From Eledone cirrhosa (Eukaryota), in NCBI GenBank assembly GCA_964016885.1, contig CAXHJY010001477.1, positions 62,001 to 126,000 on the forward strand: a DNA stretch of 64,000 nt, read 5' to 3'. A model generated the notes under the pieces. The model saw only the letters and a program-made list of their open reading frames with translations, had not been told where the DNA came from and ran no database searches. Each line of letters opens with the position of its first letter. Position 1 is the stretch's first letter. Shown piece after piece: positions 52,947 through 64,000 of this stretch. The translations under genes were made by a program, and so were the position numbers.

Positions 52947-53662
52947 TGCCTAACGCAGTTCCTGCATCACTTTGACGATGTTTTGAGAGCCTTGGGAGAG
53001 GGCTCCAACACTGATGTCATCTACCTTGATTTCAGCAAGGCATTCGACAGGGTTGATCATAAGATTCTACTGAAAAATCTATCCAATGTTGGTGTCTCTG
53101 GAAGGTTACTACAGTGGATCAAATGTTTCCTGACAGACAGAGCCCAGCATGTTGTAGTCGAAGGAGTAAAATCAAGCCCAGCCAAATTTAGCTGTGGCAT
53201 CCCACAAGGCACTGTGTTGGGCCCATTTCTTTTCATCATCTACATTAATGACATTACTGACATCATCAAGCACAGCAACATAAGAATCTTTACAGATGAT
53301 TCCAAGCTCCAGAAGATGATGTATTGAGGTGGGTGATCGGACATGCCTTCAGTCAGACCTACTGACTGTTATCCAATGGGCAGAAAAGAACAATATGATG
53401 TTGAATGAGGATAAGTTTGAATTAATCCACTTTGGAAAAGAGAATGCCCTGAAACTACCATACTCTCTTCCTTCAGGTGACTCTCGTGGCCCCAACAATA
53501 TCAGAGACTTGGGAGTTATTGTGGACAACAACATAAGCTGGGCCACTCATATAAACAGCAAAGTTGACATGGCCTGCAGAATGTGTTCCTGGATTCTCAG
53601 AACTTTCCAGTCGAGAGATATCCACACTGTTATCCTTCTCTTCTCCACTTTTGGCCGACCCC
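52947..53662 (+). mobile_element. Internal CR1 RT fragment, near-duplicate of ~51535-52251
   Basis: Runs from GCCTAACGCAGTTCCTGCATCAC to TTGGCCGACCC. Contains FTDDSKL. Has no 3' tail. Confidence 0.9.
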
Positions 53663-53959
53663 TTAGAGAGAGAGATAAGCAGATAAATGTACAGATAGAT
53701 GATTAGATAGAGAGAGAGGAGAGACAGCAAAACAGACATACAGAGATAACAGATAGTTTAGATTATTTTCAAATATCCATTTGTGAATACCGATGTATAA
53801 ATTGTCTGTCAGAGGCTGGAAAAATTTCTAAAACCAATTTAATCAGCAGATCAATCAGCGTTCTTTGAATATTTTTCCTATCAGATCAGATCAATCAGTC
53901 AATCATTTGTAATTAAAAACATTTACTGAAATTGCAATGTAAAATATTGCTGCTGATTT

Positions 53960-54055
53960 TACTGCTACTACTACCACCACCACCACCACAACCCCCCCCC
54001 CCCCCCTACCACTATTACCACCATCACCACCACCACCACTACTATTACTACCAAC
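53960..54055. repeat. (CAC/TAC)n trinucleotide tract with poly-C
   Basis: Direct reading. Confidence 0.85.
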
Positions 54056-54202
54056 ATATAATTGCTCTTGCTCATATTTAAATCCTTATCGTTATTAACA
54101 TTCTAATATCTTTATTATTATCAACTTTATCCTTATCTTTGTTATCATCTTCTTCATTATTATTATTAATATTATTAATATTAATATTATTATTAATATT
54201 AA

Positions 54203-54402
54203 GGCGGTGGATTGGCAGTATCGGTAGAGGGTCGGACACCATGCTTTGTAGCATAGAGTTACCTCCCTTTATGATCTGAGTTCAAATCCCGCCGAGGTTA
54301 ACTTTGCCTTTCATCCTTACGGGGTCGATAAAATAAAGTACCAGTAATGCACTGGGTAATTGCTGGCCTTGTGCCTAAAGTAGAAACAATTATTATTATT
54401 AT
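54203..54402 (+). mobile_element. tRNA-derived SINE with (ATT)n tail
   Basis: Same family as 50445. B box GTTCAAATCCC. Confidence 0.88.
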
Positions 54403-54515
54403 CCTCGCTATCATTACTGCCACCATTATTAGTCCCCAGTAGCCAATAAAGAAATCATTATTATCACCAATCTTCAAATTCAACTTTTATCTTCACAAAC
54501 CACAGTGAGCTATCT

Positions 54516-54585
54516 AGATCATACTTAAAGATGTTCAACAGATCATACTTAAAGATGTTCAACAGATCATACTTAAAAGATGTTG
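54516..54585. repeat. 24-bp tandem repeat, ~2.8 copies
   Basis: AGATCATACTTAAAGATGTTCAAC at 54516, 54540 and 54564. Confidence 0.88.
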
Positions 54586-54637
54586 AGAAGATTAGCTAAT
54601 AGGCACAGTGTAAAGTTAGTCATAGATTTACTTCGCT

Positions 54638-54819
54638 CCACCAACCACTACTACCACCACCACCACTACTACTACTACTACCAACACCACCACTATTACT
54701 ACCACCACCACCACCACTACTACCACCACTATTACTACCGCCACCACCACCACTACTACTACTACTACCACTATTACCACCACCACCACCACCACCACCA
54801 CCACCACTACTACTACTAT
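54638..54819. repeat. (CAC)n/(TAC)n trinucleotide tract
   Basis: Direct reading. Confidence 0.92.
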
Positions 54820-55014
54820 AAAATGGGTTCACCAGATCATAGAACACATTAAAGAAATGACATAAATCGACACACACATGAACACACACACACACTCCAC
54901 TCTTTCTAGAAGTATATTTACTTGAATTATACCCTTTTGTTGGATACAATTAACTAGTCATGTGACACATCAAATTTAGAGTCCAAACTCGGAATATGTT
55001 AAGAACAATCTAGA

Positions 55015-56420
55015 ACTGACTTGGTAAACACCCACAAAATGATTAGCCATCTTGCCAACAACACTGAGTACCTTTTTGATTTCCATGTGTCTAACACACG
55101 TGGACATGCCCACAAAGTCAGAAAACAGCACAGCTCCCATTACTTTCAGAAACATTTTTTCACGCTCAGAGTTGCTGAAGCATGGAACAAACTACCTGCA
55201 TCAGTTGTTAGCTGTCGAGACACTGCATCCTTTAAAACCTCCATGGAACAAACTACCTGCATCAGTTGTTAGCTGTCGAGACACTGCATCCTTTAAAACC
55301 TCCATGGAACAAACTACCTGCATCAGTTGTTAGCTGTCGAGACACTGCATCCTTTAAAACCTCCATGGAACAAACTACCTGCATCAGTTGTTAGCTGTCG
55401 AGACACTGCATCCTTTAAAACCTCCATGGAACAAACTACTAGCATCAGTTGTTAGCTGTCGAGACACTACATCCTTTAAAACCTCCATGGAACAAACTAC
55501 CTGCATCAGTTGTTAGCTGTCGAGACACTGCATCCTTTAAAACCTCCATGGAACTACTAGCATCAGTTGTTAGCTGTCGAGACACTACATCCTTTAAAAC
55601 CTCCATGGAACAAACTACCTGCATCAGTTGTTAGCTGTCGAGACACTGCATCCTTTAAAACCTCCATGGAACAAACTACTAGCATCAGTTGTTAGCTGTC
55701 GAGACACTGCATCCTTTAAAACCTCCATGGAACAAACTACCTGCATCAGTTGTTAGCTGTCGAGACACTGCATCCTTTAAAACCTCCATGGAACAAACTA
55801 CCTGCATCAGTTGTTAGCTGTCGAGACACTACATCCTTTAAAACCTCCATGGAACAAACTACCTGCATCAGTTGTTAGCTGTCGAGACACTGCATCCTTT
55901 AAAACCTCCATGGAACAAACTACTAGCATCAGTTGTTAGCTGTCGAGACACTACATCCTTTAAAACCTCCATGGAACAAACTACCTGCATCAGTTGTTAG
56001 CTGTCGAGACACTGCATCCTTTAAAACCTCCATGGAACTACTAGCATCAGTTGTTAGCTGTCGAGACACTACATCCTTTAAAACCTCCATGGAACAAACT
56101 ACCTGCATCAGTTGTTAGCTGTCGAGACACTGCATCCTTTAAAACCTCCATGGAACAAACTACTAGCATCAGTTGTTAGCTGTCGAGACACTGCATCCTT
56201 TAAAACCTCCATGGAACAAACTACCTCCATCAGTTGTTAGCTGTCGAGACACTGCATCCTTTAAGGCCGCCATGCTTCCTGAGATCCACCAACACTACAC
56301 CTAATGTTCCCCATCCATACACATACACACATGTATACCATGACTCATACACTATTCACTTCCCTGACATTTGTGTATTATTCTATGTACTATACATACA
56401 CCTTTGATGAGTTGTAGTGC
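55015..56420 (+). mobile_element. CR1-like LINE 3' end carrying an internally amplified 61-bp array
   Basis: NTRGHAHKVRK..HFFTLRVAEAWNKLPASVVS..SFK is a typical CR1 ORF2 C-terminus. The element resumes as CATGCTTCCTGAG after the array. Confidence 0.8.
55181..56270. repeat. 61-bp satellite, 18 units (16 x 61 + 2 x 57), with a 484-bp higher-order repeat
   Basis: Unit CATGGAACAAACTACCTGCATCAGTTGTTAGCTGTCGAGACACTGCATCCTTTAAAACCTC. Confidence 0.97.
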
Positions 56421-56644
56421 ACCTGAGCACTTTACTATTTTTATATGGCAAATGGTTATAAAAACAAACAAAAATGTCAAGACATTGAAGGATGTTGAAA
56501 TTCCTTCCCAAATCTATGTCAGTCAGATTTGTATGTTTCACTGGTTATTTTCATCATCTAACCCTTTCCCTATGATTTCTCTTCAAACACGAACAGAATT
56601 ATAAAAGAATTTATTTGTTGGGCCTAGTATTCATTATTAATACT

Positions 56645-56842
56645 GGCGGTGAATTGGCAGTATTGGTAGAGGGTCAGACGCCATGCTTTGACGTATAGAG
56701 TTACGGCCCTTTACGATCTGAGTTCAAATCCCGCCGAGGTTAACTTTGCCTTTCATCCTTACGGGGTCGATAAAATAAAGTACCAGTAATACACTGGGAT
56801 AATTGCTGGCCTTGTGCCCCCAAAAGTAGAAACAATTATTAA
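56645..56842 (+). mobile_element. tRNA-derived SINE
   Basis: Same family as 50445 and 54203. Confidence 0.88.
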
Positions 56843-57069
56843 TACTTCCAACAAAATAATACACACGCCACATTACATTATTTGTTATTATAATTAATGT
56901 TCTAGCTCTTCTGACTCCCCTGAACACATTTTCACTACAATACTATCTGACAGTTGCAACACCTGAGAGAAGGAGCTGGGATTTGAACTCAGTATGCACA
57001 CAGCCAGAACAGATACTACAAAGGATTCCATCCAACACTATAACAATGCCACCAATCCACCCCCTCTGA

Positions 57070-57151
57070 ACTAGTACTTTATTTATCGACCCATGAAAAG
57101 ATAAAAGACAAAGTTGAATCTGGCAGAATTTAAACTCAGAGCACAGAGAGT
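57070..57151 (-). mobile_element. Older SINE of a related family, minus strand, interrupted by the MITE
   Basis: GTACTTTATTTATCGACCC..AAAGTTGA..GGCAGAATTTAAACTCAG is the reverse complement of the SINE core and B box. Confidence 0.7.
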
Positions 57152-57508
57152 TGGTTCTGTAGATCACCACGCCACCTAGCGTTGACTTTGGAGGCAGTTG
57201 ATTAACTGCTCTTAGTTCTGACATCAGTAGCTGAATAAACTTTCTCTTAGGCTTCTTGTATCTCGAAGTGAACAGACAGGTTTCCACGCAGCGACTAATT
57301 AATGCCAATTATCATTAATTAGTGGTCTTCAATTATTCCGTGACCGCATGGTGTGATGTCGCGGTTTCGTTACTGTGGAAACCCGTCTGTTCACCTCGAG
57401 ATACAAAAAGCCTAAGAGAGTTTATTCAGCTACTGACGTCAGAACTAAGGGCAGTTAATCGACTGCCTCCAAAGTTGACGCTAGGTGGCGTGGTGATCTA
57501 CAGAACCA
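57152..57508. mobile_element. Foldback/MITE-like element with ~140-bp inverted arms
   Basis: TGGTTCTGTAGATCACCACGCCACCTAGCG... pairs with ...CGCTAGGTGGCGTGGTGATCTACAGAACCA. Arms are about 57152-57294 and 57367-57508. Confidence 0.88.
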
Positions 57509-57984
57509 TTACCAAGACATTTGGTGCTTTAATGACTCTAAAGAAAGAATTGCAGGACAGATTCTACAAGCAAAGCAACTGGCAGGAGACAAAAGGGTAG
57601 AACCTAAGCAAGGTGGTTGTATAACATGAGTTCAGTTGTTAATGCATGAGAATCCAGCAGCATAGGATCTGCTGGAAGGTGTGTTTGATGACCCTGGCTC
57701 CATGACCCTCCTTTGAAAAGAGGACAGGGCTGTGGCTGTACTCACCACCCAATTACTGGTTGGTGATGCTCATAGTTAGGGTGGATGACTGTTGGGGTTC
57801 CACTTACCCACCTCACCTGAATGGGGTCTGGTGAGGAAGACTGTTTAGTTGTCAACCACTCGACCATGGAGTAGGTTGTACTTACTATACATACACATAA
57901 ATAAATCATAACTATACACCACCACCACCACCACCACCACCACCACCACTAGAAAATTAATGAGAATGATGAAAGAGAGAGTTC

Positions 57985-58310
57985 AAAGTTTCCCTCGAAC
58001 ACAGATTGCTTCCATCTATCCTCATCAGTATTGGGAACTGGAAAACCCACCTCTCTCTACTGTAGTAAAGCTTCATCCATCTCCCTGTTGGAATTAGTCC
58101 ATGTTAAAGAGGAGAGGAACTCACCCATGAAAGGGGAGCAAGCGTGGATGGAGGAAAGGAAGCAAAGTAGAGACAAAGACAAACATTTACGCAGAACGAG
58201 ACCTCCAAACTGTTTGGGCAAGGTAACCTGGACGCGGGACTCTGGAGAGACATTGCCCAGGCCCTCGAGCTCAAAGAACAAATCTTCTTTGTGTTCCTTG
58301 TGCTTTAAAG
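57985..58310 (-). pseudogene. Relic of a CRE/NeSL-like (RLE-type) retrotransposon, post-RT region
   Basis: QVTLPKQFGGLVLRKCLSLSLLCFLSS resembles the Q-A-x-LP-xxx-GGLGLR...AFLAS motif that follows the RT in early-branching non-LTR elements. Confidence 0.5.
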
Positions 58311-58417
58311 GTGGATGACTGTTTCAACACTGTCATGACCATAGTATACCATAGTTACTCCCAATATTATTAAACGAATGTACTTGGCTTACTGCTTAGA
58401 GAGTTGGATTCACAATC

Positions 58418-59316
58418 AGCCAGAGTCAGAACGGGATGGAAAGAGTTCAGAGAGCTTATACCACTATTGGCCACTAAAGGTTTCTCTCTAAAAATGAAAG
58501 GCAAATTGTATGATGCTTGTATACAAACAGCAATGCTACATGGCAGTGAGACATGGGCATTGTGTGCAGAGGACCTGCGTAGACTGGAAAGGAACGAAGC
58601 ATGCATGCTCCGTTGGATGTGTAATAGTAATATACGTGAACGGCAAAGCATAAACGAACTAAGGGAAAAATTAGGAATAAGAGGGATCAGATGCTGTTTA
58701 CTCGAGAGAAGGCTACGTTGGTACGGACACGTGATGCGCATGAAAGACGACAGCTGTATAACAAAGTGCAGGGCAATAAAAATAGACGGTAGCCACGGAG
58801 TAGACAGACCCAGAAAAACCTGGGACGACTTGATAAATTCCGACCTTCCACACTTACACCTCTCCAAGACAATGTCACTGGACCGAGATCTTTGGCGCTA
58901 CACAGTCATACAGAAGACCCGCCTTGTCTATGTACAAAGCGAAACCTACAGTCAGTAGGTACCTCTTAATCAAATATACACTATCCCAACTCCCCCACCC
59001 CCATCCACACCGCCTCCTTCTATGTAAAGTTATGTTGGTACCACAGCATCCAGCCTGAAACAAATGAGGTCGTGTAGGTGTCACGACAAAAAACACACAC
59101 AGTCCACGCTGTAATGTGGCCGTGTAGGTAACACGGTAAAAACCTCCCAGTCCACACTGTAAACGTGGTTGGTGTTAGGAAGGGCATCCAGCTGTAGAAA
59201 ACCCGCCAGACAGTCCTATGCGAGCAAGACAACCAATTTTGCCTCACGTGGGACAATTCCCATCCAAACCCATGCAAGCGTGGAAGATGGATGTTAAACG
59301 ATGATGATGATGATGA
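58418..59316 (+). mobile_element. RTE-clade LINE, 3' ~0.9 kb
   Basis: ARVRTGWK..RRLRWYGH..RPRKTW, the 3'UTR and a (GAT)n tail. Same family as 9923 and 47951. Confidence 0.93.
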
Positions 59317-59317
59317 A

Positions 59318-59765
59318 GGTTGTCAGTTCAATTTCCAGGCCAGACTGTGTTATCTCCTTGAGCAAGACACTTTATATCATGTTCTTTTTTGTAAGAAATT
59401 GCAAATGGTAGATAGTATCAGCTCCTTTCTTCTGTCAGGAGTTGACAGATAGTATCAACAATAGAAAGACCAATAGAAACATTGTTTCCTTGGTCCTATT
59501 TGACAAGTGCCACGGTAAATGAATGGAGTCTAGAACTCTGTCGATCAATAATAATTATTAGATTTGTAAGACATTGTGCAGAATGGACTTCTGTCAGTTT
59601 CAACAATGAGTGTTCCTTTTGTCCTATCAATGTAGCAGTATGTTTGTGAGATTAATGTGTAAGTGGCTGAGCATTCCACAAACACATGTATCCTTAAATA
59701 ATTCTCAGGGAGATTTTTTTAACATAATTTGTGATTATGCTAAACCTTTGAATTACAGGTACAGT
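59318..59765 (+). mobile_element. Degraded CORE-type SINE
   Basis: GTTCAATTTCC B-box remnant and TGTGTTATCTCCTTGAGCAAGACACTTTAT, similar to 26382-26412. The 3' limit is approximate. Confidence 0.5.
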
Positions 59766-59827
59766 CCATCCTAACAGGCTTCCACTCTGTTTTCATCTAA
59801 TTTCATTCAAAAGGCTTAGATTGACCT

Positions 59828-61120
59828 AATCATCATCATTATCATCATTTAACGTCTATTTTTCTATGCTTGCATGGGTTAGACGGGTTGTCATATTGTA
59901 AGACAAGTCAGATCATGTGACCATGTCTTGCTCTGTATTTTGAGTTGGTTTCTATGGATACCCTTCCTAACACCAACCATATGGTGTGGACTAGCTGGTA
60001 TTTATCATGGCTCTGACCAACAGGGTGGACTGGATGCTTTTTGTCATTCACCAGTGCAACCAACTTATAGAGTGGACTGGATGCATTTTGTCGTGTCATC
60101 GGCACAACCACCGTACAGGATGGACTGGGTGCTTTTGTTGTACTAGATCAGCATACGGGGTGGACTTAAGTGCTTTTTGCCGTGGCAACGCCATTGTGGA
60201 AGATCAGATGTAGAGTGTGTGCAGCTTTCATGCTTGTATGCATGGGTTGATCAAGTGAATTGTATCAGGGGTGAATATTCGGGTGGGTGGGGGGGCAGTA
60301 AGTTAGTTTGACATTTGCGACATGCAGAGGATATTTAGCTGGTGAGTGTGGAGTATTCAGACTGGGGAGGGGTGAAGAGAAGGTTGGTGCAGACTAGTGT
60401 ATCTTCTACATGTTTGTTTTATTTCATTTTGTGTACAAGGGAAGGCATGTCTTCTGCAGTACATCATGACACAAGAGATCTTGATCCTTTGTTATCTCAT
60501 TTGTGAGGTTTAATTGTGCAAGGTCAGCTTTTATCATTTCATCCCAAGCTTTCCTAGGTTTTCCTCTTGTATAATTATCATCGACTTTGAGTGCTCTGAA
60601 TCTTTATATACAGCTGACATCCTTCATACACATCACATGTCTGTACAACCACAATCTTCTCTCTAGTATACTGCATCTGATTCCTCTTATGACCAATCTC
60701 TCTCTCAGTCCATTAATGCTTTGCTCTTCATCCACACTACTATTACACATCCATCAAAGCACACAAGCTTCATTTATTTACAATCTTCATAGGTCCTCTG
60801 CACATATTGCCCAGGTCTCACTACCATGCAACATTGTTATTAGTACCAAGGAAAGAGAAACAATCAACTACTTCTACAGAGCCGTTGGGGCATTTAAAGG
60901 AGCTAGTCTCCTGTGAACACTTCCTTCTTACTACACTTTTGCATTGACCACATATAACAACTAGGTTCTCTGCTAGCCTGCCTAAGATCTCCCTATATCT
61001 TTTGTGAACCCATAATTTGCATTTGGGACAGAGGAGAACATTTCTTCCTACTCCTTTCCTGAACACTGAGCATGGCCATTTCCCTGAGAGAATCTGGGCC
61101 TTGTTTTCCTTTCTACATTC
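59828..61120 (-). mobile_element. Older, diverged RTE-clade LINE (PHD region to 3' tail)
   Basis: (CAT)n-TTTAACGTC tail. The minus strand reads GKWPCSVFRKGVGRNVLLCPKCKLWVHKR and HGSETWA. Confidence 0.85.
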
Positions 61121-61579
61121 ATTTTGGTGTTTACGAAGCCAGCTCCATCAATAGCTGGCTCCATCAATAGACTATTTCTATTCTACAGCTATCCCTCTTC
61201 CCCAATTTCAAAATGTTCTGTTTACATTATTATTATTATCATTCACTTGTTTCCACAACGTATATACTTCGACCTTGTTTTTGATATAAACCATGTTGGA
61301 CATTGTGTCTTTCTCTACAAACTCATCCCTAACCCCCGCCATTACCTCCCCTTTCTCTCACTCATTCATTTCGGATTTTACGAAGCTAGGTGACCATCTT
61401 CGAAATTCTCGCACATTTACCTTGTCCAATATTCCTACTTGTATCTGCTTGTTTCCCCTGAATCTTCTGTGATGATATATGTCATGATGGCTACCTATCT
61501 CACAATTTCCCTCCTCCCCACTCACCACCATAGGCTATTTACCAATCAAACCTCAACAACATGTCCTAACCCATTACAA

Positions 61580-64000
61580 GCCCCAACAAACCCTGCCCTT
61601 ACTACTACTACCACTACTGTCCTACTAGCCCTTACCATCCCCAACAAACCCTGCCCTTAATACTACTACTACCACTACTGTCCTTCTAGCCCTTACTAGC
61701 CCCAACAAACCCTGCCATTACTACTACTACCACTACTGTCCTTCTAGCCCTTACTAGCCCCAACAAACCCTGCCATTACTACTACTACCACTACTGTCCT
61801 TCTAGCCCTTACTAGCCCCAACAAACCCTGCCATTACTACTACTACCACTACTGTCCTTCTAGCCCTTACCAGCCCCAACAAACCCTGCCCTTAATACTA
61901 CTACTACCACTACTGTCCTTCTAGCCCTTACTAGCCCCAACAAACCCTGCCATTACTACTACTACCACTACTGTCCTTCTAGCCCATACTAGCCCCAACA
62001 AACCCTGCCATTACTGCTACTACTACTACTACAACTACTACTGTCCTTCTAGCCCTTACCAGCCCCAACAAACTCTGCCATTACTACTACTGTCCTTCTA
62101 GCCCTTACCATCCCCAACAAACTCTGCCATTACTACTACTGTCCTTCTAACCCTTACCATCCCCAACAAACTCTGCCATTACTACTACTGTCCTTCTAGC
62201 CCTTACCATCCCCAACAAACTCTGCCATTACTACTACTGTCCTTCTAACCCTTACCAGCCCCAACAAACTCTGCCATTACTACTACTGTCCTTCTAGCCC
62301 TTACCAACCCCAACAAACTCTGCCATTACTACTACTGTCCTTCTAGCCCTTACCAGCCCCAACAACCTCTGCTATTACTACTACTGTCCTTCTAGACCTT
62401 ACCAGCCCCAACAAACTCTGCCATTACTACTACTGTCCTTCTAGCCCTTACCAGCCCCAACAAACTCTGCCATTACTACTACTGTCCTTCTAGCCCTTAC
62501 CAGCCCCAACAAACTCTGCCATTACTACTACTGTCCTTCTAACCCTTACCAGCCCCAACAAACACTGCCATTACTACTACTGTCCTTCTAGCCCTTACCA
62601 ACCCCAAAAAACTCTGCCATTACTACTACTGTCCTTCTAGCCCTTACCAGCCCCAAAAAACACTGCCATTACTACTACTCTCCTTCTAGCCGTTACCAGC
62701 CCCAACAAACTCTGCCATTACTACTACTGTCCTTCTAGCCCTTACCAGCCCCAAAAAACACTGCCATTACTACTACTCTCCTTCTAGCCCTTACCAGCCC
62801 CAACAAACACTGCCATTACTACTACTCTCCTTCTAGCCCTTACCAGCCCCAACAAACACTGCCATTACTACTACTCTCCTTCTAGCCCTTACCAGCCCCA
62901 AAAAACACTGCCATTACTACTACTCTCCTTCTAGCCCTTACCAGCCCCAACAAACACTGCCATTACTACTACAGTCCTTCTAGCCCTTACCAGCCCCAAC
63001 AAACTCTGCCATTACTACTACTGTCCTTCTAGCCCTTACCAGCCCCAAAAAACACTGCCATTACTACTACTCTCCTTCTAGCCCTTACCAGCCCCAACAA
63101 ACACTGCCATTACTACTACAGTCCTTCTAGCCCTTACCAGCCCCAACAAACACTGCCATTACTACTACAGTCCTTCTAGCCCTTACCAGCCCCAACAAAC
63201 TCTGCCATTACTACTACAGTCCTTCTAGCCCTTACCAGCCCCAACAAACACTGCCATTACTACTACAGTCCTTCTAGCCCTTACCAGCCCCAACAAACTC
63301 TGCCATTACTACTACTCTCCTTCTAGCCCTTACCAGCCCCAACAAACTCTGCCATTACTACTACTGTCCTTCTAGACCTTACCAACCCCAAAAACACTGC
63401 CATTACTACTACTGTCCTTCTAGTCCTTACCAGCCCCAACTAACTCTGCCATTACTACTACTGTCCTTCTAGCCCTTACCAACCCCAACAAACTCTGCCA
63501 TTACTACTACTCTCCTTCTAGCCCTTACCATCCCCAACAAACTCTGCCATTACTACTACTGTCCTTCTAGCCCTTACCAGCCCCAACAAACTCTGCCATT
63601 ACTACTACTCACCTTCTAGCCCTTACCAACCCCCCAAAACACTGCCATTACTACTACTGTCCTTCTAGCCCTTACTAGCCCCAACAAACCCTGCCATTAC
63701 TACTACTACCACTACTGCCCTTCTAGCCCTTACCAGCCCCAACAAACTCTGCCATTACTACTGCTGTTCTTCTAGCCCTTACCAGCCCCAACAAACTCTG
63801 CCATTACTACTACTCTCCTTCTAGCCCTTACCAGCCCCAACAAACACTGCCATTACTACTACTGTCCTTCTAGCCCTTACCAGCCCCAACAAACTCTGCC
63901 ATTACTACTGCTGTTCTTCTAGCCCTTACCAGCCCCAACAAACTCTGCCATTACTACTACTCTCCTTCTAGCCCTTACCAGCCCCAACAAACACTGCCAT
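61580..64000. repeat. 49-bp satellite (58-61-bp units proximally), runs off the window
   Basis: Unit CCTTCTAGCCCTTACCAGCCCCAACAAACTCTGCCATTACTACTACTGT. Confidence 0.97.

Noticed and set aside
54580-54949. Poly-His/Tyr and poly-Gly/Ser ORFs
   Set aside because: Trinucleotide microsatellite.

Overview
This is eukaryotic, animal, repeat-saturated genomic DNA. The SINE, MITE and RTE families resemble those I recall from octopod cephalopods, but that taxon call is inference. I can confidently support no host gene, RNA gene or CRISPR array. The window holds: (1) four head-to-tail copies of an L1/Tx1-clade LINE (zinc-knuckle ORF1; APE-RT-CCHC ORF2), each joined at the same phase of a 72-bp satellite; (2) the 72-bp satellite itself, whose two outer ends visible here coincide with TTAA-CCCTTT...AAAGGG-TTAA piggyBac-type termini, which recalls the Xenopus Tx1L-in-Tx1D composite; (3) RTE-clade LINEs with a PHD finger and (GAT)n tails; (4) CR1 LINE fragments, tRNA-derived SINEs, a foldback MITE and a CRE/NeSL-like relic; (5) several further satellites (23, 24/25, 48, 49/58 and 61 bp, plus a CA-rich compound array). 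At least three satellites visibly arose by tandem amplification of a segment inside a transposon. Most long ORFs in the supplied track that are not LINE ORFs are artefacts of the satellites.
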